Below are positions 1 to 9,004 of a DNA stretch of 40,869 nucleotides, in pieces. The stretch is from a virus (Duplodnaviria > Caudoviricetes). The stretch lies in the IMG/VR virus record IMGVR_UViG_3300038556_000050, positions 1 through 40,869 of that record; one strand, 5' to 3'. Each line of letters opens with the position of its first letter. Position 1 is the first letter of the stretch. A model generated the notes under the pieces. It saw only the letters and a program-made list of their open reading frames with translations. It searched no databases and was not told where the DNA came from. The position numbers were made by a program, and so were the translations under genes.

Positions 1-1089
1 TCAGGCGGCGGCCTTCATTTTCGTCAATTCGCCCTGCACTTCCTGCAACAGCTTCTCAATCGCCGCGCAGGACGCAGCCAGGTAAGCGGGGTCATGGGGG
101 GCATATTCGTCGGTGGTGGAAAACCCACCGTGCCCCAGTTGAGCCCCTACATCCCATTTCGCCACCCCTGAGGCGCGGAGCCAGCGGGCAACGGTATGCC
201 GGAGCGAGTACGGGTTTACGTCCCTCCCCAGCCCGGCATTTTTACGCATGTTTCGCCATGCGGTTTCCCACCTGCGGATGGGACGGTTTGCCCGCGTGAT
301 GTAGAGGCCCTCGCGATCATTGAACTGCCGGAGGTAGGCTTTCAGGCTCGGGGGCATCTTGACGATTGGCCGGTACTTCGGGGTCTGGACCCGCCCCGGC
401 GGGTTGAGGTCGAGCAGGTCGGCGTCGAAATCCACCCCCTCCCAGACGAACTCATAGGCCGTCGAGGGCCGGCAGCCGGTCCCCATCATCAGCATGATGG
501 CCTTGGACGTCTCCCTATTGGCTACGGCCAACAGGGAGGCGATTTGAGCGGGTTTCAGAGGGGCGCCCTTGGGCTTCTTCTTCTGCGCCTCGATAAGCTC
601 GATAAAGGGGACCGAGGCCAGCTCACCGCGCTTCCAAGCCCGGTTCGTAGCCGCTTTGATAATCCCGAGGAGGTTGTTGATGTAGGTCCGGGCGAAGCCC
701 TTCTTGAGCATCGCCTTGACAAACTCCTCGGTCTGCCCGGCGTGGCATGCCTCCTTGACCGTCTTCCCCTCGAAGAAGGTGGTGATGTTGGCCATCGAGG
801 ATTTGATGCGCCGCCCCGAGGCGAGGTTCTTGGCGTGCTGGTGGTAGTAGGCCAGCACGACCTCCTCCAACAGCACGTCCGAGGCGTCCCGCTCCTTCTT
901 GAGGGTGTTTCCGATCCACCACTCGGTCAGGAGGTCCTTGGCTTCTTGAAGGTCCGTTGTGCCAAGGCTGAAACGGCTTGTTTGTCCAGTCCGCTTGTCG
1001 AACCGGCAGCGGTGCCAGGCGGGGGAGCCGGGCTTTTTTCCGACCCACCATTCCCCGAGTTGGAGTTCTCGCTTTGCGTAACGTCCCAT
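1..1089 (-). CDS. int: Tyrosine recombinase/integrase
   Basis: Catalytic motifs TGCRPS (R), YSLRHTVA, QLGH and C-terminal Tyr (TTDEYA); 362 aa. Confidence 0.95.
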   Translation of the reverse strand: MGRYAKRELQLGEWWVGKKPGSPAWHRCRFDKRTGQTSRFSLGTTDLQEAKDLLTEWWIGNTLKKERDASDVLLEEVVLAYYHQHAKNLASGRRIKSSMANITTFFEGKTVKEACHAGQTEEFVKAMLKKGFARTYINNLLGIIKAATNRAWKRGELASVPFIELIEAQKKKPKGAPLKPAQIASLLAVANRETSKAIMLMMGTGCRPSTAYEFVWEGVDFDADLLDLNPPGRVQTPKYRPIVKMPPSLKAYLRQFNDREGLYITRANRPIRRWETAWRNMRKNAGLGRDVNPYSLRHTVARWLRASGVAKWDVGAQLGHGGFSTTDEYAPHDPAYLAASCAAIEKLLQEVQGELTKMKAAA

Positions 1090-1325
1090 GGCTGGGGCCT
1101 TCCCATGATGATGTCGGCGATCTGAAAGCCGAAGTAACGGATGCCCTTTCCGCCGGGCTCTTTCACCGGGTAGATTTTTCCAGCCATCCTCCAGCGTTTT
1201 GGCGTGGAGGGGTCCTTGTTGATGAATAGCGCGAGCTGCTCTTCCGTGTAGAGCATGTACGGCTCGATCTTGTATGCCTCACAGATGCCGTTGCGCATTT
1301 GCCAAAGCTCCTCGCGCAATACCAT
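927..1325 (-). CDS. Putative excisionase / HTH DNA-binding protein overlapping the integrase 5' end
   Basis: YTEEQLALFINKDPSTPKRWRMAGKI resembles Xis-type HTH; ATG 1325 has GAGGT RBS; lies directly upstream of int. Confidence 0.65.
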   Translation of the reverse strand: MVLREELWQMRNGICEAYKIEPYMLYTEEQLALFINKDPSTPKRWRMAGKIYPVKEPGGKGIRYFGFQIADIIMGRPQPWDVTQSENSNSGNGGSEKSPAPPPGTAAGSTSGLDKQAVSALAQRTFKKPRTS

Positions 1326-1326
1326 C

Positions 1327-1638
1327 TCATACCTCGCACGACTTGCCGAGCGAGAAGAGAATGCGTGACCACTCCGGGAGAATATAGGCACCCAGGACGA
1401 GAAGCAGGCCCCCTCCCCACCAGATGAGTCGTTTTGTCACAAGACCGACTGCGAAGCCGATGAACCCGACGAGGATGATCCAGATTCTTGCGGGCTCAAA
1501 AATCGCCCAGGCGACATCCTTCAGACCGCAGTAGAGATATGGCCTCAGTCCCAAACCAACGAATGCGTAGTTGATGAGAAAGGCCATTGTGACTAGTCCC
1601 AAGGCAGCGGCTCCGGGGGACACCTTTACCTTTTGCAT
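1327..1638 (-). CDS. Small integral membrane protein (about 3 TM)
   Basis: Three hydrophobic stretches; tightly packed with the next gene. Confidence 0.6.
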   Translation of the reverse strand: MQKVKVSPGAAALGLVTMAFLINYAFVGLGLRPYLYCGLKDVAWAIFEPARIWIILVGFIGFAVGLVTKRLIWWGGGLLLVLGAYILPEWSRILFSLGKSCEV

Positions 1639-1692
1639 GGCCGGACTATCCCTTTGCCCCTACCCCATTTCAACGGGCATTAGAGGGCAAGA

Positions 1693-2094
1693 TCATATGG
1701 AATCCCGCCCCTTGTTCTTGAATACTTTCTCCCCTTTGGTTGGGCGCCAGGGGCTTTCCCATTTCACATCCCCGCCAAACAGCGTGCAGAGGAGCGTTTT
1801 GCGTCCTTCCTTTAATCCCCACACTTGGCAATCGGAAACGTCGTATGCGCGTACCATGGCTGCGTGCCAACTCCATTCATACCCCTCGGGTTTGGTTCGC
1901 CCTTCCATTTCCCGTTGAATTCGGTCGGCGGATTGAAAGCCCTTTCCTGCGCCATATGCGACGAAGAATTTCTCAAACACCGGAGGCCCGTTGAAGGCTT
2001 TCCTTTGGCGCAGTTTATCTGGAATGATGTTTACTGCGACGATCAGCGAAATCACAACAACCAAAACGACTGCGATTAAGGTGTAGACGTCCAT
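1693..2094 (-). CDS. Hypothetical protein with N-terminal membrane anchor
   Basis: LIAVVLVVVISLIVAV hydrophobic segment; GGAG RBS upstream. Confidence 0.7.
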   Translation of the reverse strand: MDVYTLIAVVLVVVISLIVAVNIIPDKLRQRKAFNGPPVFEKFFVAYGAGKGFQSADRIQREMEGRTKPEGYEWSWHAAMVRAYDVSDCQVWGLKEGRKTLLCTLFGGDVKWESPWRPTKGEKVFKNKGRDSI

Positions 2095-2543
2095 TGAAAC
2101 GGCTCCTCCCTTTTAAAAAGGACCCTCATATCCGCGAGGTAATAGATTTCCACTCTGCCTCTCGCGTCCGCGATTTCATGTGGTGTGTTTTTGAAAACGA
2201 TCACGGGCTGAAGATGAAATCCGTTGAGGTATTGCTCCCACGTCCGCCATTCCCGCCAGCCCTGAAGATCCTGCAGGTACTTCTTCGCGATCACGAAAGG
2301 CATCGTGAACATGTGCAGCTCAGCGTCGGAATGGATCAGGTCGAGAAAGCTGGCCTTCGCGTGCTGCTGCACCGTAAGGTTCTCCCCTAACCGGGGCATC
2401 TCGTCTTCCCGCATCTCCATCATCAGCATGTGAGCTTCCGCAAAAGGAAGCGTCAGGACGATGGAATTCAGGCTGTTGGCTTGGTAGGCTTTCCGCTCAA
2501 AACCAGAGGTCCGCAATACTTTCGCAGCATAGTCATCGTACAT
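2076..2543 (-). CDS. Hypothetical protein
   Basis: Open frame with natural composition, overlaps next gene by 19 nt; start uncertain. Confidence 0.5.
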   Translation of the reverse strand: MYDDYAAKVLRTSGFERKAYQANSLNSIVLTLPFAEAHMLMMEMREDEMPRLGENLTVQQHAKASFLDLIHSDAELHMFTMPFVIAKKYLQDLQGWREWRTWEQYLNGFHLQPVIVFKNTPHEIADARGRVEIYYLADMRVLFKREEPFQWTSTP

Positions 2544-3258
2544 GAGCATTTTCGGCTATTTCATTCGCCTGATCGAATGGGCGGCGCTGACCGCAACCCA
2601 ACTGACCGTTGCCCTTGTGATCGGCGTGGCGAAAGCCCTGTTTAAGGGTGTGAGCCCCTCCCCGAAGCCTCAGTTGCCGGAAACTGTATCCGCACCTCCC
2701 AAAACCCCGCAAGGGGCATACGAGGGCAATCACACCACCAACGTGTATGTCCAAATGACCCAGCCAGCCGTCGAGTTGGCACCCCCATCCCGGATACCCC
2801 AAGAGGACGGGCAGCTTTACTACACGTGGGGCAAAGAGATTGCTGTCCACCCCCGGTCGGATGACTTATTGGAGCGTGTCGATTACATCGCCCAGGTCAA
2901 ATTCCACGACACCGCCGAAAGTATGAGGCCGCTCAAGCCGGACACCTCCACGCCCGGTGTCGCCCTGCGCTTCGACCTCCCCCAACTCCAACCCGAGCTC
3001 ACGGAGTTCGTGCCCGGGTCCAAACCTCTCGCCCTGCCCGACGACGACGCGCAAATCTACATCGCCGATGGCAAATCGTTTACTCGCGCGGGCGACATGT
3101 CGATGGTTTTGCCCAAGCGTGCCGAACCGCTGATCCCGATGCAGCTGCTGTATATCCCCATCCCTCCAGGTGATAACGAGCTGTGGGTGGCACGCACGTC
3201 AGACATTCTCCCACTTCGAGATCACCCCGAGGCTGCGCACCCAACCCGCGCCCTCTAA
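2542..3258 (+). CDS. Hypothetical membrane-anchored protein upstream of relaxase
   Basis: N-terminal hydrophobic helix, Pro-rich linker, globular C-terminus; 238 aa. Confidence 0.6.
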   Translation: MSIFGYFIRLIEWAALTATQLTVALVIGVAKALFKGVSPSPKPQLPETVSAPPKTPQGAYEGNHTTNVYVQMTQPAVELAPPSRIPQEDGQLYYTWGKEIAVHPRSDDLLERVDYIAQVKFHDTAESMRPLKPDTSTPGVALRFDLPQLQPELTEFVPGSKPLALPDDDAQIYIADGKSFTRAGDMSMVLPKRAEPLIPMQLLYIPIPPGDNELWVARTSDILPLRDHPEAAHPTRAL

Positions 3259-3340
3259 TGCGCTCCGCGTGCGCCTGAATGCCCGTTAGCAATCGTTGCG
3301 GAAATATCATGAAGCGTTGCAAAGCCCATCAGGGACAGCG

Positions 3341-3369
3341 CGGTTAGACTTTTTTCAAAAGTCCACCCG
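3341..3369. promoter_or_regulatory. Inverted repeat, candidate oriT element
   Basis: GACTTTT-TTC-AAAAGTC (3347-3363) with imperfect CGG/CCG extension, immediately upstream of the relaxase. Confidence 0.35.
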
Positions 3370-3404
3370 TTCAGCACGCCTTCAGCGGTGTAGAATTGCA
3401 TCAG

Positions 3405-4901
3405 ATGCAATCCGGGTTTTACCGATTTGAACATTCATACTTGAGCCGCGCCGGCAACAAGGTCCGCGGCAAGAGCGGGCGTTTCCACCTGTCAGCAATT
3501 GCAAGCTACATATCGAACACCAACAAAGCCTGCGACGTGCTCGCCGTGAACCTCTCCGAAGAGAGGGGAGAGCTTTACTCGCAACTCAACAGGCACTCGG
3601 CGAGCGTGACGAGAGCGAATGGTCGGATCGCCGAAACATTCATCATCAGCTTCGATGCGCGCATGAGCGATGAGCACCAGCGCGAAGCCCTCAATAATTT
3701 CCTCATGGCCGTCACGTTCAATGGCCAGACCAGGGCGACCGCCTACCGGCACAACGACCACGAACACAATCCTCATGCCCACGTCATCCTGATCGACACC
3801 GACGAGAACGGCGAGCCGGTCGGTCACTTCGGCCGCTCCGGGTCTTTCAGACGCGAGCACAGCCCGGTTAAGGGCAATCCCACTGTCTGGCTGCGGAAGA
3901 CCTGGCAGGATGAATGTAACGCGGTCCTAGAGGCCAATGGGTACGAATTCCGCATCGACATGCGGAGCAATTTAGAGCGCGGGATCGCCGAGGCGCAGAA
4001 AAAGCGCGGCCTCACCCAAGAAGGGCCGATCTCCGCCGATGGGGTACGTGAGCAAAAACATACTGACCATGTTGGTGAGGCCAACAAAAAGGGCGAAATC
4101 AAAGACTTGGAGCCCGCCCCCGAATGCCCTCCAATGCCCGTTGATGCGCCTGAGGCCGAAACCTACCCTGCCGACCTTCCCCGTGAGGACGATATGGCCG
4201 ATATCGAAGACGAGCTTGAGCCTATCCAAACCCCGAAGCAAAGAGTCCAGGCTGCCCTTTACTTTCGGGCGGCGAAACTCGACCTCCTCCAGATCCGATC
4301 AACGCGGGATGTCTGCCGGCTTTCCTTCAGCTCTGCGCAAAAAGAGCTGGAGACTGCACAGAACGAATGGACCCAAGCCTACCACGCCAAGGCGAATGCG
4401 GAGAAACGTGTCTTCATGGCTGAAGAAAGGTCCGATGGAAAAGTTAGGGGCGCCCGGATCAAGATCGGCTCATTTGAGTGGAAGAGTGAGGCCCGCAAAC
4501 AATCCGAGCAGGCTCAGGCCAATCTCTCCAGCGCGTTGAACGCGCGCGAGCACGCCTCGTATGTCGAGAAGTCCACGGCTGAACAGCTCGTCCGTTGGGA
4601 TACCGCCCAGAAGCAGGCGAAAGAGAAACTCCATGCGGCCGAAGCGGTGTTGCAGGACCACCTCACCCGGTTCGGCCAGGACGCCACGCTTGAGACCGCT
4701 GAAGGGCTTCTCGAATACAATGTCAGGTACAACCTCGACAAGATCCGCGACCGGGACAAATCCACTGGCGAAGAGCGGGAGGATTTGGAATTGGTCCTCA
4801 AGGACCTTCTCGACACAGAGCAGATCACCGAGGCTGAATACAACGACGCCCTCGGGGTAATCGGAGGCGGGATTGAACTTGATGAAGACCAAACGCTTTA
4901 G
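3405..4901 (+). CDS. HUH relaxase (MobA/MobL, MOBQ-like) with C-terminal coiled coil
   Basis: N-terminal FYRFEHSYLSR...SAIASYIS (candidate catalytic Tyr), 3H motif HNDHEHNPHAHVIL, RIDMRS resembling the MOBQ RIDHRS motif; ATG 3405 or TTG 3396. Confidence 0.85.
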   Translation: MQSGFYRFEHSYLSRAGNKVRGKSGRFHLSAIASYISNTNKACDVLAVNLSEERGELYSQLNRHSASVTRANGRIAETFIISFDARMSDEHQREALNNFLMAVTFNGQTRATAYRHNDHEHNPHAHVILIDTDENGEPVGHFGRSGSFRREHSPVKGNPTVWLRKTWQDECNAVLEANGYEFRIDMRSNLERGIAEAQKKRGLTQEGPISADGVREQKHTDHVGEANKKGEIKDLEPAPECPPMPVDAPEAETYPADLPREDDMADIEDELEPIQTPKQRVQAALYFRAAKLDLLQIRSTRDVCRLSFSSAQKELETAQNEWTQAYHAKANAEKRVFMAEERSDGKVRGARIKIGSFEWKSEARKQSEQAQANLSSALNAREHASYVEKSTAEQLVRWDTAQKQAKEKLHAAEAVLQDHLTRFGQDATLETAEGLLEYNVRYNLDKIRDRDKSTGEEREDLELVLKDLLDTEQITEAEYNDALGVIGGGIELDEDQTL

Positions 4902-6391
4902 AGATAACGCGGCGTGTTTGTTTTCGGATCGATCTCGTAAGGCAGTTTGCATTCAAGATTGAGCCTATCAGCTAGGATAACCGCCCGCCCCCTCGGCAAT
5001 GCCTTCAGCTCGTTGACCTTCTTGAGTTGCCGCGCTGTTTCATGTTGGCCCTCGCTCTTTCCATGGTCCGCCAAACTTTCCGACTTCGACATCGCGGTGT
5101 AGTCGCCAAGCAGACCTGCCACCGTCGTGTACAAGCGGGTATCCTTAAGCCCGCCGGTCACGATCCAATCACAGCCATCAATAAGAGGCTGTGCCTTCTC
5201 AGCGCCGCCGTAGTTTGTAACCACCTGGCCGATTGACTGCCAGCACATGAAAACGTTGACACCAACCTTTCGGAGCTGGGTAACGGCATGCAGGATGGGC
5301 TTGCAGAAGCCAAGCGTGTCCGCCTCATCCACAAAGACCCTGAGACCCTTCGGAAGTGGCTTACGATGCGTCGCGTAGAAGCGCTTCACTGCATCGATGC
5401 ACTGGCCGATGACGATACGATTGAAGGCACCGGAAACCCTCTCATCTCGAAGCCCACCGATTACGAATACGGCGACAGGTTTGGGGTTGTTGAAGACATC
5501 CTCCCAGCACCACGGATGGCTATTTGGCTTCATAATCTCCTTGATGGCAGGGTCATTGTAAACCCGAAGCTTACGCCCAATGGTGGAGTTGAAACTACCT
5601 TTCTCACGCTCCTTGACCCGCATGAAGACATTGATGCCTGCCTTTGCGGTATCCGACCCATTGGCCTGGATCAAGCCCAGTACCTTATCCCGCTCTTCCT
5701 CAGGAGCGGTCGCAAGCAAGCGCAACGGCTCGGCGAGCGTTGCTTGCGACCCCTTTTGTTGAAACTCCCAGTCGATCAGCGCAGCGACGACACCGTGGGC
5801 CGCGTCGATGAAGTGAGTGGAGCTGGCGTGCTCCTCCATATCGGGGACGAGCAGGCTTGCGATGGCCTCTACATCTGAGCCCTGACTAAATTGCGTCGAG
5901 TTCTTCAGCGGCGAAAGTGGGTTGTAATTGGTATTGCTCGCAGGGTTATCCAGATCAAGGACGAGCAGATCGTACCCGGCAGTCTTAAGCTTATCTCCGA
6001 ACTTGCCCAGATGCTCGCCCGCCGGATCACCGATCAGAATGTCGGGCTTTCTTTCGAGGTCGCAGAAGTAGTTTAGGTTGGCGGCAAACGTCTGACTTTT
6101 CCCCTCGCCACGTTTTCCGAAGAAATGGACGCACGACTCCGAGAGGCTGAAAACACGCTGCTTGTCTTGGAAACCGATAAGGAATCCGCCCGGGGTCAAA
6201 TGACCATCCCGCTTCAATTCCTTGAGCGTGGCGAAGCCGGCATTGCCGTGAGTAGGGGCTGCCTTTTGTTGCCCTCTAATCCATCGCACTGCCCGTGGCG
6301 CAAATTCCGTGATCAGCCACTTTAGGAAAAGCACGAGCGAGCCGATTGCATAGAGGCTCCACTCGATAGGTAGCAATAATCCTCGCAGCAT
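4898..6391 (-). CDS. virD4: Type IV coupling protein, VirD4/TraG family
   Basis: N-terminal TM, HGNAGFA motif, Walker A GKRGEGKS, DPAGE, YNPL, Walker B VFVDEADTLG, QSIGQ. Confidence 0.92.
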   Translation of the reverse strand: MLRGLLLPIEWSLYAIGSLVLFLKWLITEFAPRAVRWIRGQQKAAPTHGNAGFATLKELKRDGHLTPGGFLIGFQDKQRVFSLSESCVHFFGKRGEGKSQTFAANLNYFCDLERKPDILIGDPAGEHLGKFGDKLKTAGYDLLVLDLDNPASNTNYNPLSPLKNSTQFSQGSDVEAIASLLVPDMEEHASSTHFIDAAHGVVAALIDWEFQQKGSQATLAEPLRLLATAPEEERDKVLGLIQANGSDTAKAGINVFMRVKEREKGSFNSTIGRKLRVYNDPAIKEIMKPNSHPWCWEDVFNNPKPVAVFVIGGLRDERVSGAFNRIVIGQCIDAVKRFYATHRKPLPKGLRVFVDEADTLGFCKPILHAVTQLRKVGVNVFMCWQSIGQVVTNYGGAEKAQPLIDGCDWIVTGGLKDTRLYTTVAGLLGDYTAMSKSESLADHGKSEGQHETARQLKKVNELKALPRGRAVILADRLNLECKLPYEIDPKTNTPRYL

Positions 6392-6448
6392 GAATCTCGC
6401 TCGTGTTACCCTTTAATCCTTCAGGCAAATCTTAAAACGTTTCACCCT

Positions 6449-6465
6449 GGCAGAGCTTCTCTGCC
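6449..6465. repeat. Palindrome in the virD4/ardC divergent intergenic region
   Basis: GGCAGAG-CTT-CTCTGCC perfect 7-bp inverted repeat. Confidence 0.5.
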
Positions 6466-6498
6466 TGGAAGCGTCTGCCTGACTCATGGAGTGCCGAG

Positions 6499-7446
6499 AT
6501 GAAGGCCTCAGATCTCTACAAGTCAGTCACAGAGAAAATCATAGCAGAGCTTAAAGAAGGAGTCGCGCCGTGGGCAAAGCCGTGGAAAGACGGGACCCGA
6601 GGCCTTCAAACCATGCCCGCGAACGCTACTTCCGGGCGCCCCTACAGTGGAATCAACGTCCTCATCCTCTACATGGAGGCCAAGGAAAAGGGGTATCCGA
6701 CCCACGGCTGGGCAACCTTCCAACAGGCAAACCAGATCGGCGCCAGCGTCCGTAAGGGCGAGAAGGCCACTCAGGTCATCTTCGTCAAGCGGTCCACCAA
6801 GACCGACGAGACGACCGGCGAGGAGAAGAAGTCCTCGGTCATGCGGGCCTACCCCGTCTTCAACCTGGCCCAACTCGACAACGTGCCTCCGCAATACCTG
6901 GATGCACCTCCTCCGGTCGATGAAGACGTTGCCCACGACAACGCCTTCCAGCTCTGCAAGGACATCGGCGCCAATATCCAGCACGGCGGCAATCGCGCGG
7001 CTTACTACCCGCAGCGCGATGAGATCGTTTTGCCGCCGTTCGGAGCCTTCAAGAGCGAGGCTGACTATTGGGGGACCTGCTTCCACGAGGTCACCCACTG
7101 GACCGGAGCGAAGAAGCGGCTTGACCGACAATTCGGCAAGCGGTTCGGCGACAAAGCCTACTCGTTCGAGGAACTGGTGGCCGAGCTTGGAGCAGCGTTT
7201 ATCTGCGCCAGGCTAGATATCCCGGCAACCTTCCGCTCAGCGGCCTATATCGACCACTGGCTGAAGATCCTCGGTGAAGATAGCCGGGCCATCTTCACCG
7301 CGGCGAGCTACGCCGGCCACGCTGCCGACTATACCTTTGAGCAGCAGCACGCCGTCCAGGAACACACCCCCGACGTGGAGCGGCAGCAGCCCCTCACACC
7401 GCGCGCGGAATCCGCGAAGGAAATGGACGACGAAATTGCCTTTTAG
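6499..7446 (+). CDS. ardC: ArdC-family ssDNA-binding antirestriction protein with zincin-like domain
   Basis: PWAKPW, YSGINVLIL, WATFQQA, VRKGEKA, HEVTHWTG (HExxH), YSFEELVAELGAAF. Confidence 0.93.
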   Translation: MKASDLYKSVTEKIIAELKEGVAPWAKPWKDGTRGLQTMPANATSGRPYSGINVLILYMEAKEKGYPTHGWATFQQANQIGASVRKGEKATQVIFVKRSTKTDETTGEEKKSSVMRAYPVFNLAQLDNVPPQYLDAPPPVDEDVAHDNAFQLCKDIGANIQHGGNRAAYYPQRDEIVLPPFGAFKSEADYWGTCFHEVTHWTGAKKRLDRQFGKRFGDKAYSFEELVAELGAAFICARLDIPATFRSAAYIDHWLKILGEDSRAIFTAASYAGHAADYTFEQQHAVQEHTPDVERQQPLTPRAESAKEMDDEIAF

Positions 7447-7486
7447 GCAAACGAGGCCCTCACCGGGCGACTTGCCGGACTTCGGC

Positions 7487-7511
7487 GCCCTCCCTACGGG
7501 GAGGGCTTTTT
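7487..7511 (+). terminator. Intrinsic terminator after ardC
   Basis: GCCCTCCC-TACG-GGGAGGGC followed by TTTTT. Confidence 0.85.
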
Positions 7512-7755
7512 ACATCCAGCGGAAGACGAATAAGTATAGCATAAAGGCTGCGCCTACCGTGATGGCGCCGACTCGGACGGTGGTTTTATAGGGCGGAGGA
7601 GCCCACACCTCTGTCGCGAAAGCAAAGGCCAAGGCAAGACCGCCCCCCACTGCAATGAATCCGACTAGCCAGGCTAGGATTGTGGTGAAGGTGTCGAGAA
7701 ACATCACCCCGAAGGCGAGGACTGAAGCCGTTATTAGGAAGACCTTCAGCGACAT
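7510..7755 (-). CDS. Small membrane protein at end of lysis cassette
   Basis: 81 aa, almost wholly hydrophobic. Confidence 0.55.
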   Translation of the reverse strand: MSLKVFLITASVLAFGVMFLDTFTTILAWLVGFIAVGGGLALAFAFATEVWAPPPYKTTVRVGAITVGAAFMLYLFVFRWM

Positions 7756-7931
7756 ACGGCCTCCATCGCAATATCCAGCTCAAAAACCTGCTTGATCGTT
7801 TCTTCTGTGTCTGCCGGGGATACCGAAGGGGCGTACCGGTTATAAGTCACGCAGCCGGCCTCGGTCCTTGAGGAAACGCATCCGGTCATCAGGAGACCAG
7901 CCACGAGACTGAGCAACGGCTTCGTCAGCAT
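7746..7931 (-). CDS. Outer-membrane spanin (Rz1-like lipoprotein)
   Basis: Lipobox LMTG-C after hydrophobic signal; overlaps upstream gene in another frame. Confidence 0.75.
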   Translation of the reverse strand: MLTKPLLSLVAGLLMTGCVSSRTEAGCVTYNRYAPSVSPADTEETIKQVFELDIAMEAVCR

Positions 7932-8076
7932 CGAGAACTTTCTCCACGGTCTTCTCGGCTCGTGCGCCGTCCTGCAGCTTCACCGCTACGACCGCCGTCC
8001 CCAATGGCTTCAGATACGGCTTTACCGCCTCCAACAAAGCTTTGAGGAAAGCCAGTACCGCAGCCCATGAAGGCAT
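7840..8076 (-). CDS. Inner-membrane spanin (Rz-like)
   Basis: Hydrophobic N-terminus plus helical domain; overlapped by the lipoprotein gene; follows holin with TAATG coupling. Confidence 0.65.
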   Translation of the reverse strand: MPSWAAVLAFLKALLEAVKPYLKPLGTAVVAVKLQDGARAEKTVEKVLDADEAVAQSRGWSPDDRMRFLKDRGRLRDL

Positions 8077-8249
8077 TAGGCCTGTTTCTGTTCAGCCATC
8101 GAGCGAGCGATGAGGACCAGTACGCCAAGGATGGCATTCACTGTCCCGGCGTGATCGCCAACAAGGGACGCGAAATCCGGGCTCATTTGGAGGACGCCGA
8201 AGATGCTCACGAGCAATCCGGCGATATAAGTCTTCTTACCTTTCAACAA
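8076..8249 (-). CDS. Putative holin (57 aa, absent from ORF track)
   Basis: Hand translation MLKGKKTYIAGLLVSIFGVLQMSPDFASLVGDHAGTVNAILGVLVLIARSMAEQKQA; 2 TM; TTG start; between endolysin and spanins. Confidence 0.7.
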   Translation of the reverse strand: MLKGKKTYIAGLLVSIFGVLQMSPDFASLVGDHAGTVNAILGVLVLIARSMAEQKQA

Positions 8250-8387
8250 CGCCTTACCCTTTCATTGGGTAAAGCGTGAGCCGGGCCGAGATTCTTGTCA
8301 AAGAAAAAAGGCCGCCCCCATGAAGCAGCCTTTGCTCCCGCCGGGTAGGAGCTGAACAACCAACAGGACCGGCAACCGGAATCTAAC

Positions 8388-8753
8388 TCACTTGCTTTTG
8401 TCCGTCCACAAAGTCTCTTGCTCGCGGTTGTCAAGGTGCACGTGCCGATCGCAGACCTCGATGCCGTTGATGCCCGCCTGCATCGCTGCTTGGACGATCT
8501 TATAGCGCTTCTCTGAATTGGTGCAGGCGATGTCGACGGCCTCACCGGTAAGATGTTTGCTGAACTTGGCGCCTTTGATCTTCGCATTATGCGAAGAGGT
8601 CCTGAAGCCCGCGTTCACCTTCCATGGGAAACCGGCGAATAAGCGAGCCTGGTCGAGCTTCTTGAGGAAGTCCGAGTTCATCTTCACACCGCTGCCCGGC
8701 TCATCCGGACTGTCGAACTCCTTCGACTTGAAGTGGCGGATGGTCCATTTCAA
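8388..8753 (-). CDS. Endolysin, peptidase M15 family
   Basis: GFRTSSHN, SKHLTGEAVDI (SxHxxGxAxD), HVHLD zinc ligands. Confidence 0.88.
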   Translation of the reverse strand: MKWTIRHFKSKEFDSPDEPGSGVKMNSDFLKKLDQARLFAGFPWKVNAGFRTSSHNAKIKGAKFSKHLTGEAVDIACTNSEKRYKIVQAAMQAGINGIEVCDRHVHLDNREQETLWTDKSK

Positions 8754-9004
8754 CGCAGCTTATCCAGCTTGGCTTTGATATCTGCGACGTTCGACTTTAC
8801 GACCGCCACGTCAGCCTTCATGTCCGCCAGAGATGATGTTGCCGCCTTTAGATCCCGGATGTCGTCGTTCTGCCGATCGTTCATGGCATCGTTGGAAGCG
8901 GTATAGCTGGCTGCCCACCAGATGAAGGCGATGATTTGCAACGCCATCATGGACATCATCCCTACAGGAACTTTCTTGTCGAGGTGCCACGATTCCCGAC
9001 GCAT
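8750..9004 (-). CDS. Small membrane protein with coiled coil (holin/antiholin-like)
   Basis: WHLDKKVP + one TM + heptad tail; coupled to endolysin start. Confidence 0.6.
   Translation of the reverse strand: MRRESWHLDKKVPVGMMSMMALQIIAFIWWAASYTASNDAMNDRQNDDIRDLKAATSSLADMKADVAVVKSNVADIKAKLDKLR

Noticed and set aside
196-1125. 309-aa plus-strand ORF
   Set aside because: Antisense to the integrase; no recognisable domain
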